From: Thalia democratica
Lineage: Eukaryota
Direction of reading: 5' to 3'
Assembly: GCA_965202585.1 (NCBI GenBank)
Contig: OZ241828.1
Span: 57,908,001 to 57,972,000, forward strand
DNA length: 64,000 nucleotides
This document shows, piece after piece, positions 27,263 to 39,600 of the stretch. Under the pieces are notes generated by a model that made no database searches, was not told the origin of the DNA, and saw nothing but the letters and a program-made list of their open reading frames with translations. A program made the position numbers and the translations under genes. Within the stretch, counting starts at the first letter, position 1. The number at the start of each line of letters is the position of its first letter.

Positions 27263-28301
27263 GTCTAGAACTATGTGACTAACAAAACATTTTAGCCTGA
27301 AAATATTCTTACAGCTGATGAATTGAAACTTGTTAGCCTCCTTAAAGAACTGCTTGAATCTTTTTACATAGTAACGCAGCAGTCTAGTAAAAACAACGCA
27401 TTGCTGTCAAATGTAATCCCGCATGCAGCAGTACTAAAAAAGCTTTATAATCATAATGCTAATAGCCTACCATGGCAAAATAGTTGACCTACAACCTTGG
27501 CAGAAAAAAAAATAGAAAAGGCTTTCGAAAGAAGATTTTATATTATTAGTAACAGAACATGAACAAACCTTCATGATAAAGGCTTGTTTTTACTCACAAC
27601 AGCTGTTGATCCATGGTATCGACTTGACTTTTACCCTGCTAATCTCAAACAGAAGGTTTCAAGGCTACTGAAAACATAAGTAAAAAATCATAGTTGTCGT
27701 CAGACCGGTCAAAGTGGTCAAGTTCTTCTAGTACTGCCTAAAAAACTTAAAGCTCAACTACCTAAAAACGATGTTCCTTAAAAAATTTTTGACGTTCTAC
27801 TTTACATTTAAATCGAAAACAAGTACTAGTCACTAACGAAAGTGAGCAACAAGGTTCAGTTGATCAAGAAATTGAGACAGAAGTTTTTTTGGCTAAAGGA
27901 AATGTATCTGCTAAAAAAGTTCAAGAAGCTGAAGTCTTGTCTTGGTGGAACTGAAAAAAGAAATACACACACATCTTGCCAGGTTTGCAAGAAGGTATCT
28001 TTCGTCACCACCATCGTTTGTTTATTCTGAGATGTCATTTTCAGAAGCTGGTAATTTAAAATTACGAACAAAAGTGAAATCGGTTGCTTCCAAAAACCGG
28101 CGAAAAACTTTTATTTTTTCATTACAAATTAAAAAAAAAAGAATAGGTTTCTTTGTAGCTTAATGGCGTTGATATGAGTAAATTTTATTCACTAAATTAG
28201 TTACTTAATATTATAAACACATGCTTAAGAAATTATTGTTCATCTTATAGTTTGAATTTTTGTAAATAAAAGTATTATGTTAAGCTTACCATTAAAAAAA
28301 T

Positions 28302-29092
28302 GGGAACGGGTCAGAAAAGCACGGGTGACACTTTAGCACAGAGTGACACTTTAGCACGGAGTGACATTTAGCACGGTGTGACAATTTAGCACGGAGTGAC
28401 ACTTTAGCATAGAGTGTCACTTTAGCACGGCGTCACTTTAGCACGGAGTCTCATTTTAGCGCAGAATTTATTTTGCTTTTTTTTTCTTTGCTTAAATCAC
28501 ATTAGGTACTGTATTGTTTAAAAATCTAAAAACGAACTATGCAACGTGTAAACTAAAATTTGCAAGTTTTAAATGAGTTACAAGTTTAAGCTATACTTAA
28601 AACTAAGACAAAAGTAAATTTAAAAACTTTATTAACTAGTTTTACTATTTAATTTTAGATGAAAATATTTTGATACTTTTACTTTAAAGTTTTCGACATA
28701 AAACTATTTTAATAAAGCTAGTAATATATATAAGCTCTAAAATTATTAAAACTTTTTTAAGTTCTTTAACTAATTCCAATAAGACTAAACTTTAAGCGTA
28801 AGTTTTAAATAAAAAGTGATAAATATAATATTCAAAAACTTTCTTATTTCATTTTAAGCCCATAGTATAAACTTCATTTATAAATTTTTTTAGGGCGATA
28901 CTTTTAAAAGTGTTAGAACTAATTTTTTATTCGTTAAGTTAATTATTTTAAATAATTAAATATTATTTAAATAAACATTTCAAAAGGTTTAAAACCTTTA
29001 CGTGCAAAAATGAAACTCCGTGCTAAAGTGTCACTCTGTGCTAAAGTGTCACCCTGTGCTAAAGTGACGCTGTGATTTTCTGACACCTACCC
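28302..29092. mobile_element. MITE with TIRs and subterminal 18-bp tandem repeats (GTGACACTTTAGCACGGA)
   Basis: About 8 direct units at 28324-28460 and 3-4 inverted units at ~29010-29075; ends GGGAACGGGTCAGAAAA / rc GGGTAGGTGTCAGAAAA. A one-ended relative lies at ~13910-13990. Confidence 0.8.
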
Positions 29093-30655
29093 TAAAAAAA
29101 TAAAGTAACATTTAATTTATTTTTCTTTTACGTCTAACAAGGTACAAAATTCAAGTTTAGTCGTATAGGTAGCTTGAAATTTGACATTTAATCTGAGACT
29201 TCATATAGGTAGATTTTTTGTTTTTACAAAAAAAAAGCTTACTGAACAAATAATGTATTTAGACAATGACGTTGTGTTTTTTTTAAACAAAACAAGTATT
29301 TAACAAGTTTTACAAATTAATGGTATTGAAATAACTGAGTTTTATAAATATGTTCCTTTTTGAAACTACTTAAAACATTTAGGATCCGGATCTTAAGTAG
29401 TGGATGCAGTAAATCACTACTTTTAAATTTTACTCTTAAATACAGAATGAAGCTCTGTTATTTAAAATCTGTGCGTTTAAAATATAAATAATTTCAGGAT
29501 TTCTAAAAGAAGAAAATTAAATCTGTATTTTACTTTTAATATAAACATTTATTTGACTGTTTCAAAGCAATTATTATTTACTTTTTTGTTAATCAGTAAA
29601 TCAACAGTTGTATAACAAAAGATTATAGAAAAGACGATTGAATAACCGTCATGTTTTTTCATGGTTGTTTTTCTACAGTTTACACAAGTTGCCTAACTAA
29701 TATACAATAACCTTATACAAAAATATACTTAGATAATTAGATTACTTTTGATATTTATATGGTTAAAAGTTAGAACAACAGTAACAATTTTTTTTTTTCT
29801 GAATAAAATTAATTATAGTTAAAGGTTTATTGTGGTGTTAAACGTTTTTCATTACAAAAAATTAGTTGTCAACAACTGAATAAAAAAAATTGTATAAACT
29901 CATCATTATTAAGTAATTTAAAATGATGAAAACTTCTTTAGAAAATTCTCCATGTGAAAATTAAATTAAATTCATACACCTTAGCAAAAAGTTAATGGTA
30001 ACATTTTTTGTGGAATTATTTTTATGTTTTTTACAGCAACTACAAAAACTATTATGAAAATATTTTATGCAAGTGAGTCAAACAAATTATAAATTAAAAC
30101 TATTATATTTTCGAAAAGGTAGAACAAGTACTAAAAAATTAAAACAAAAATATATGCTTGCTTTAACACGTATGCTAAGCACAAACATTACCTTTGTTAT
30201 TAATATTAGCTCTACAACCAAAGTAAAAATAGAGCTTATTTTATCACATGAACACCAATAAAATAACCTAAATAACAGCATTAAACCAGTGGTAGTAAAA
30301 ATTCAAAGTTCAAAACTGTCGTAGCAAGTTGGAACTCAATTAAATACAAAAAAAATGCAGTCAAAAATAAGCAAGTAAAACTTTTAGTAAACTACCTACT
30401 TCTTTTTGCTTTTAAAATTATTCTTTAACATTTTACAATAAGAAAATTTCATGCTAAAAAAAAATAATCAAATTTGAAAAACTACTGTTAGCCAAAAAAT
30501 CAACAGCAACAAACAACTTTTAGATCGAAATTATTTAATAAAATTACTCACAAAAAATATTAAGTACTAACATAATTTTCTAATATCTTTTTTAAAGATT
30601 TTTTTCAAAAAACCAACATCTTAAATGAAACTTTTCAGCAGATAAAAGTCAACGT

Positions 30656-33600
30656 TCATTCATCCATGTCTCCCAGCAAGTCCCACTTGTTGGTCAACCG
30701 GACTTCCTCCTCACCAACGTCGTCCTCCTCCTCAGAAGATGTCAGGTTCAGCTCCTCCTCTTCGTCGGGCGACTCCTGAACTTTCAACTTGAGAAGGTGC
30801 TTCGTCACTTCGTGCTCCTCCCATTCGGCTTTAAAATTATTTGTTTTTATTATTATTTTTATTAGTTACTTATTTTTTAGGTTTTCATATATTAATAATT
30901 TTTATGAAAAAAAAACTGTTTAGTTCTTTTTTTTTTGTCACTTCATGTTCCTCCCATGTGATTTTGTTAATTTATTATTATTATTAGTAGTAGTAGTTTT
31001 ATTATTTATTTTCTGTTCGGGTTTGTATTGTTAATTAAACTTTATGCAAACTAACCAAAATATGTTTTAAATAAAACAAATTTTGAAAATACTTGACTTA
31101 AAAGTAAATAAATCTACACGCAACTATGTCATCCTATTAACTTATTTATCATTTATGTGTTTATTTTTTTTTTTTTATGTAAAATGTTTCGGCTTTGAAA
31201 TTAATTACTATTATCATTTATTATTTAGATTTTTTTGGTAATTTTCTTTGTAGCAAATGTTTTTACTAATTGAAAAAATTATCACCTTTGCAGTAACTTA
31301 TCTTAATTACATAGGTTAACATTGATTAATAATATTTATGCAAAAATATTGCTTTGTATTTATTAGTTTTAACTTTATTTATCTTTTATTGTTTGTCTAA
31401 TACACCTTCATTAACTTATTTTTATTTATTATTGAGTATTAACTTTTAAGCTAAAACGTTTTTTTTGTTTTATATTTTTGTTATCCATGTTAAAATAATA
31501 TTTATTGATAAAAAAGTTATTAAATTTACTATCGTTAGTTATTAGTATTGGCTGTTATAATTTTTATTTAAGTGTTTAATGATTTTTTATTTCCATGCAA
31601 AATATTTCAACTACTTTTTTACATAAAGCTGCATTTTGAACTTATTTGTTTTGAAAAGTAAAACAGCAAATGAAAAAACTAAATGGAGTATATTTCATTA
31701 TATGCTACTTGGTACTTGGTATGATTACCAGTATTTTAACAAAAATATATTTAATCAAATGTATAAACAACAGCAAATATTTTTATATTCGTTTTAATTA
31801 ATTGCTAGACCTTCTTCATAAAATGTATCAGTGTTGCCCTCGTTCGAAGCACAAAAAAGACCTGATAAACTAGTTATGCAAGTTAAGATAGACAAGTTAA
31901 TGCAAACTAGTGTTTGTTTCTTATCAAAAACTAAAATTTACCATTACAGTAGCCGGGCGGTCTCATTCAAAAACAAAAAAGCCTTCCACGCACATTATCA
32001 ATACACATATAATTCATTAAATAATAAAAGCAACATTTGTAATAGAAGTACTCATATGGTCTCATTTACAAAGACATACCTTCAATTAATGCATGTTATC
32101 ATGTAAAATTAATTTAAAGTAACATTTATTATCATAATACCCAGCTGATAACAATCTTCTGTATACATTTTGAGTATATAATTAAATTAAAATAAACAAA
32201 ACCAACAATTATTATCAAACTAATCAGTCTCTCAATATATATAACCACAATCTTAATATACAATATAATTAATTAAATTAATCAAACCAACATTTTTATC
32301 ATAGTATACAAGTGGGCTTATATACAAACATTCATTATCACAATAATTAGGAAATCTCATGTTCAAGCATATTTACTACATAAAATACAATCAAATACAA
32401 ATCAAATAGATTCTATAGATTTTTACCTTTGTTATCATAATACCCAACTGGTCTCATAAACAAACACAGTCTTCCATCAACGCACATGCGCAGTATGTTG
32501 TTGGCTCCCCGGTATACATCCGGTCTTCCCGCCTTCGCAGTTTGAAATCCCCGCTTAACCGACCAAGCCTCGCTTATCTGCCACGCCGTCCATTTGTTGT
32601 CTGTTTAAATTGTTGAAATTATTTACTCGTTTGATGTTTTTTTTTTGACTTACTACTTGTTTCTTTTATTCATTTAATTATTCATTTATCTACCACCCTG
32701 TCCAATTGTCGTCTGTCAGAATGTGTTTATATAGGATGATAATTTTTCTTTATTACTATTGTTGTTTATGATAGCTTTTATTTATTGTTTATTTATTTTT
32801 ATATTTAAATACTATTAATCTAACACTCCGTCACATTATTGTATAAAAAAAATGTGGGCTACAACATTTTAAAATAGTTTGTTGTTTATAAGATTTTAAA
32901 TTAAAGAAGCACATATTTTTAATTAAAACTAGTTACACGGTGAACGTATTGTGTAACTGTTTTAAAAATAGTTTAGTTAAAAAAAAATCCTTTATTCATT
33001 TTCATTAGAAAAAAGATATTTAATACAATTTTTCTTTAACAAAATTACTAACAAAAATTACATTAAATTAACTCTAATATATATTTTTTCTTTTCGTGTT
33101 GATTTGATCATTGAATTATATTCTTAATTTTCATTTTTTAACCAATGTAAATACTTGCAAACTGAAAACTACACTCAAAAGATGGAATGAACTGTGTAAC
33201 AAAAACTTTAGCAAAAATAACGGCACAACTAAAAATGAGATGGTCATACCACAACTAAAAAGGATTAGGGGTTTATTAAAAGACATTTGAAGTACCCTTT
33301 TTTATGTTTTACAGACCAAAATTAAATTAACATAACCATTATTAAAAATATCATGCTAGTCATTTAATACGGTCCTATATGGTATTTATTTTTATCACAG
33401 TTTTTTATGTTTATAAGGTGATTAGTAAATTTTAACAATTAAAATTTCATATGATTAAGCCGATACATTTTTTTTCAATTTCCAAACTGCTTAATGAATC
33501 TCTTTGTAGACTTAAACAAGAACTTCCCAAAGTGGGCAACTTTTTCAACAGTTTCAATTAAATTTTTAATTTTCAAGAATAACACAGTAGTATAGTTATT

Positions 33601-36600
33601 TTTGCAGTATACTTGTGTTATTTAATTTCTTTCCATAGCATCCTTTGTTTAACTGACCCTTCATAAAAACATTTATGATAAAAGTAAAACTTACGAAAAG
33701 TACGAAAATCTTAAGTAAAAAGCTATAAGACTATGAAAATATTTTTTACAACTATTATCAAACAACAGTAGTAATCATTCTTTATTTTAGTGTTACATTA
33801 TTCTTGCTTTTTACAAGTTACTTTGCACAATACCTTTTTTTAAACTAAGCTATCTAAGAGTATTTATAATTAAGTTAAAACTAAAAAAAAAGTTTGTAAA
33901 AAGACTATTTTTAATATACAAAAACTTCAAACAACATTTGTACTTATTACTATTTTGTTACTCACTCTTAATTTTGTTCTCCAAATATTCATCCGATATT
34001 TTGAGCATGTCAATTATAGGAAGTCGTTCAGCCAAGTAGCCCACCGGGGTGTACGGTTCCTGCACTTGCGCTATCGGGTAGATTCCGCTCAGTATCTATG
34101 TAAGTACGTATATATTTATAATACAAAAAACAACTAATGCTTGTATTGTTTACTAGAGTTTCAACGTATGAAACGTTTCATCAGAACAATATAAAGCACA
34201 TAGCAAAAAATTTTAATGAATCAAAAAAACACATTATGACGTTTAAAACTAAAACTTAAAACAACTTATGTACAAGTTAACTTATGTTTTGTTTTGCTTT
34301 GTTTTTTCTTATTTATAGTTTTATTTTGTTGCTATTTTTGTTATTGAATAGCGTTTTTTGTTCTTTTTAAACACATAGTTTAGTTGCGAAGACATAGTTG
34401 CTGTCTTTCTTTTCTTTTATTTAGTAATAGTTCTTTTTTTGTTTGTCTGATTTCATACTTTTCCAGGCTAAGTATGTATATAGGTAAAATAAGAATTATC
34501 TATTTTCAACTAAACTTTATATTTGTAAAATATTATTATCTTAATTCACTTTCATATTATTAACCCAGCTCAGTGTCTGCACATTCTTACTTTGTTAAAT
34601 ATTCAAATAATTGAAACATCTAAACAAGCACTAAATACATTTTTTCCAATACTTTGAAAATACATTCCATTAAACAGTTATACTCTTAAAGTTTTAAGAG
34701 ATAATACACTCAGTATCTAAATAAAAGTTAGTTGTCACAAACAGTGTTTGTCTCGTAATAGAAATATTTTATTAAACATTAAACATTTTTATCAATGCTT
34801 TGTTTGTTATTTTATGTCATAAAACAGTACTTCTTAACTTGTAACTTAAGGAGATAGTGCACAACACTTGTTATTTAGAAAATAGAGTTTCACCGAAAAT
34901 GGGTCGTCAGTCAAAAGAAATTTCTAAAATGCTTTGAAAATAAATGGAATGTATTAAGAGTAAAATAAGCTTTAACTAAAAGCAAAACGTTATATTAGAT
35001 ATTAACATAAAAATGATAAAAATTAAACAGTTTAGTAATTTAACTTTCTTACAAACTATTACCGTATCAAAAACCACTGTAAGGACAAGAAATTAAACTG
35101 TATCCATGGTGTATGAATCGATAACCAAAAAGTTTTTACGTACACCTGGTCCATAGACCAAGACTTTATGAATGTTTTTTTTGTATTTTAATAAATAATA
35201 TAAAGAGAGCAAAAAACTAAATGAAAGTATGTTATTCAAATAAACTTATAACTATTACTTATACCATTCCATTTATATACCATTTTACAGAACTCTCTGT
35301 AAATGATAATCTCTTTGGGTAAAAGCCGGTTTCACAAAAATTGAAAATAACAAATAAACGCAGCACCATAAATTGAAAAATTTTTTGTAACAATATTTTA
35401 TATATACTGTCTGCAAGCCTAGTAATTAGAATTTTACAACCTCTGCGCAGCTTTTAAATTTAACAGTCATAAAAAAAAGCATTGTTTTGTATCAAAACCT
35501 GCAGCTGTTTATTTATGAGCGATGGCTTAATAAAGTCTTATAACTAAATATAAATTTTAACTAATATCGAAAAACCTGCATCTGTTAAAGACGAGGTTAA
35601 ATAACTGTACAACTAAATACTGATTAAAGTATGTTGGTCAAAAAAAAACAAACAAACATTTTCATCATTGTAAACCATAACAAAGCATACCTGCATTTGT
35701 TTATCGATGAGTGACGGGAACACGAGTCCGGGTGAATCGCACAACCTGACCGTCTTGGTGAGAAAGTAGGTCTGGTAGTACTTGGTGTGGCCTGGTGTCA
35801 CCGATGTGCTCACCACCTTCTTGCCTATTAGCCCGTTCATAATGGACGATTTGCCCACATTAGGGTGGCCTGTTTGAGTGGGTTAGAATTGTTTATTAAT
35901 AAAAAAAAAAGACAAGCTTTTGCAAATACATTGTACCTTGTTTTTGTAGTTTGTTTATGCACAGTTTAGTTATGGGTTGATAAATTTATTAATTAGTTTT
36001 TTAACATATTAAGTACACGAGTGATATCATTTCCATTCACTTGTTTTACAACAGTTTACCTTTGTAGTAACGGGTGGCCTGTGAGCTTGTGGGTTGATGA
36101 TAAATTAATTGTTTAATAAAATTTTGTGACTAACCAGTTAAATGAACAAATAAAATAATACTTTTCAAATGCACTGTTTCTTTTTTTTACAAAAAAGTTT
36201 ATTTTTGTATTTTTATTTTAAAATACACTGCTACTGAGTAAACTGTGTGAGTTAACCAACAAATATATTAATAATCATTGATTGAAACAAATAATGTTTG
36301 AGTTTAAAAATCTATCAGTAGAATGTCTTAACTGCTTAAAGTTTATTGTCAAACTGTTTTATTTTAGTCTTCATCATTAAATTTAACAAACATTTGGCAT
36401 GATATGCATACACTTGATTTACACCATACAACAGTTTTGCATAGTAATGTCAAAACAAACATTAATACTAATTTTACTTAATAAAAAATAAAATTTGCCA
36501 CAAACCAAAACAAAAGTATATACTATGAAACAAGAAAAAGATTGGTATTATACTGATTAATAAGCATTAACTGATATAAAAAAGTAATCAACAGTTTTTA

Positions 36601-39600
36601 CTAAATGATCAAAGTAAAACATGTGTCAAAAACAAAAATTTGTTTTTTTTATTTTGAAGTCTTGTTAATGAAAACTACCAATTAAAAAGTTCTGCTAGCT
36701 CTGGTACAACTAGATAAAATGTACATTTAAAGATATTTTTTCAGTTTTTATTTTGTTTATTCTCAATGTGCTAGAGATTTTCAAAGTGTGCACAGTACGT
36801 AAATAGTTAGCTGGGCACAAATAAATAATTAGTAGAAAAATAATTTTTAAAAGACCCTTTTCTATCTGAATATGTTTATAAAACAATTTGAAAATTAAAA
36901 AAAAATATTACAGCCATAATTTATATTCATTCGATAAATAAAAATTTCATAAGTACATCGGAAGTTAATTTTGTACTAAAAAAAATTATTTATTTTTTAG
37001 TTTTTATATGAGCTACCTGACACATTTTACAGAGTAACGAAATTCAAAGTATATTTGGACAAATGAGAACCAAAGAGGGTGAATTTAATAGGTTTTGTAT
37101 ATAAGGTGCAAACTAAAAAAAAACTTTTGTTTTTATCTATCTTCCTACAAATCTTTACAGTTTATATAATTTAATTTTTTGATAGTATAGAAATGAATTA
37201 TACACTAGAAAATAACTCTTTGTTAGGAGGATTTTATTCAAAGTAATAGTAAAAAAGTACTGTTAAATAAATGAAATAGAAACTTATTTTAAAAAGGCTA
37301 TTTTTTAATTTTTTTTTCTGTAAAAACTGTCTTCTAGTTCATACTCAAAACTTTCACATAACAGCTTATCTTAATTTCATTAAAAAAAATACCCTAATAA
37401 AACGCTATGGCTTTTACATAACAACTAAATATTAATCATTGCTTTGAGCGAAAGCAACACTCTGCAACGTTTGCATAAAACCTCTACTATAGAAAACTCG
37501 GTGAGCAACAAAACTTCATATATATTTAAACCTTTTTCAAAATTTTATCAAATTAAATCAATTAACGAAATTAAGTTAAACTTTGTAAAATTAATATATC
37601 AATTTTACCACTACAGTGGGGTACTGAAAAAATCAAATGAAAATTATTTATACTTTACCTTATCTTAATTACTATTGATATACAAATAACATTGTTTAAG
37701 ATTAAATTAAACACTAAGTAATCAACCATTTTAAATTAATTTCATAAATATATAACAGTGTATATCAAACCAACCGAGGAATCCAACGGTGAGAACTCCG
37801 TTTTCAAACTTCTGCCTAGTAGTCATATCAAAATCATCTGTTTCTCCGTCCTCGATATTCTTGCCGACATCATCCTGTTTGTGTTCAAATATAAAAGGTT
37901 GATAAATTTAATGTGTAACAAAACTCTGTTTATATCAAACTGGTAGCATTTTTGTATTTAATTTATAAAACTTAATGTAATTTAATATAGAACTTTCCGG
38001 ATATCGAACTGATACCGTTTTTGTATTGAATTACAGCTTTAGACCAACATTATCCTATTTGTGTAGTTATTGAAAACAAATGTAAGGAGTTTATACCAAG
38101 ACTTATGATACATTAAAACAAAGTCTCATTGAAATAAAACTGATAGCATTTTTGTATCAAGTTTCGTAAACAAATGTACTACAAGTTAAGTACTACAAAA
38201 CTATATTCAACATTATACTACTTGTTAAAGTATTCAAAACAAATGTAAGCAATTGATAAAAAAAAATATTGTACATCAAAATAAAATATTGAAACTATCA
38301 AACTGGTTGCGTTTTTGTATTTACTTTAACACACAACAAAACACTAACATCAACATCTTCCTCGTCGACATCCACGTTGTTGAACAGGTTCTTCATGTCC
38401 TTTGATATTTTGTCTTTCCACGACGTCAGGTCAACTTGAAAATGTTGTATGTATGAACTAACGAGTTGCGTTTTTATGTTGATAATGTTTGGATTTTAAT
38501 AAAGTAAAATGATAAAAAATATGTTATTTTTTGCTTTGTAAAAACTGTAACTGGCTTTTATCATAAAACTACAAAAATCAAAACATTGATGACCATTTTA
38601 TAAATTTATAGAATTGTGTTATAAAGTTCAACAACATAAGATCTAAAGTATGTAAACCTGAGCATTTTAAAACTTATTTTAAAAAACTAATGAGTTAAGG
38701 TCATAAACAAAAGATCTACTTAAGAGCGCAGTGGGCTGGCAAGTGGCTGTGACTTTTTAATTGACTAAAAAAGGCTAATAATTCAAAAAATGACAAATAT
38801 TTACATTAGCAGCAATTAAAAATAAGTTGCTGCCACCGGTAAAAAACAACTTTTTTCATCAAGTTACTCTTATTTAGTATATTTTTAGGCATTTTTAACA
38901 GGTTACGACTTTCTTTTAAGCCTTTTTGTGATTTCAAAGTACTTAAAAGGTTTATATGTGATAAGTTTAATAGGTTACTTTATGATATTAGAACTGATAT
39001 TGAAAATGGGACTAATTTGTTAAAATGTATCCCCATCTTTCTCGAGTTTCAAGCAAACATTTTAAGACTTTCTCAGTTTAAGTTTTTAATCTTTTTAACA
39101 AAGTATCAGTTGAAATTCTATTATTTATTAAAAACTTCAAGTTAAAAGTATATTTATGATATAAACTTGGTGTAAACCTTTTTTATCATTTTTATAATTC
39201 CCTTGGAGAAACCATTTCAAATCATGTAAGGGACATTTACTAAAAAAATGGAGTCCATAGTTTTTAAACTTAGTACTCACAGGCTAGGTGGTAAATTTTT
39301 ATTGCCATAGTCTGTTTATTGTTGTTTAAATTTCATGAATTAAAAAAAGTAACTTTTAGCTGGGCAAAAAATCTAGTACAGAACGTGTTACCCCTTCAAC
39401 AGTCTTTATTTATGCATGCATATAATAGTATTAGTATATTATAAGAGTTACATTGTCAAAGCGTTATTATCATTTTCTTGAACTTTAAATGATTAAGCAT
39501 AAATTTTCAATAAAAGATTAACTTATAAGGGAGCAATGTTTTGTTCACATCTCTACGAAAAACTGTTTAGCTCATATTACTACATCCTCTATTTAATTAC

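Larger units (their letters stand above)
26007..29419 (+). mobile_element. Decayed hAT transposon (Ac/ZBED-like transposase) carrying two nested MITEs
   Basis: TIRs TAGTAATCTACCGGATCC / rc TAGTGATTTACTGCATCC; TSD CTTTTAAG / CTTTTAAA (7/8). Transposase relic ~26300-28130: HTG.NI..VLENWGI, PCFIHTLQL, QDVKTRWNSTYLM, dimerization domain ARRYLSSPPS.VYSE..FSEAG. Confidence 0.9.

Noticed and set aside
27314-27335. CTGATGA-ATT-GAAAC hammerhead-like core
   Set aside because: No stem II or stem I; it is coding sequence (ADELKL) of the hAT transposase relic.
28324-28460. Regular ~18-bp direct repeats resembling a CRISPR array
   Set aside because: Units are head-to-tail with no unique spacers, recur inverted at the other end of a MITE, and the context is eukaryotic with no cas genes.
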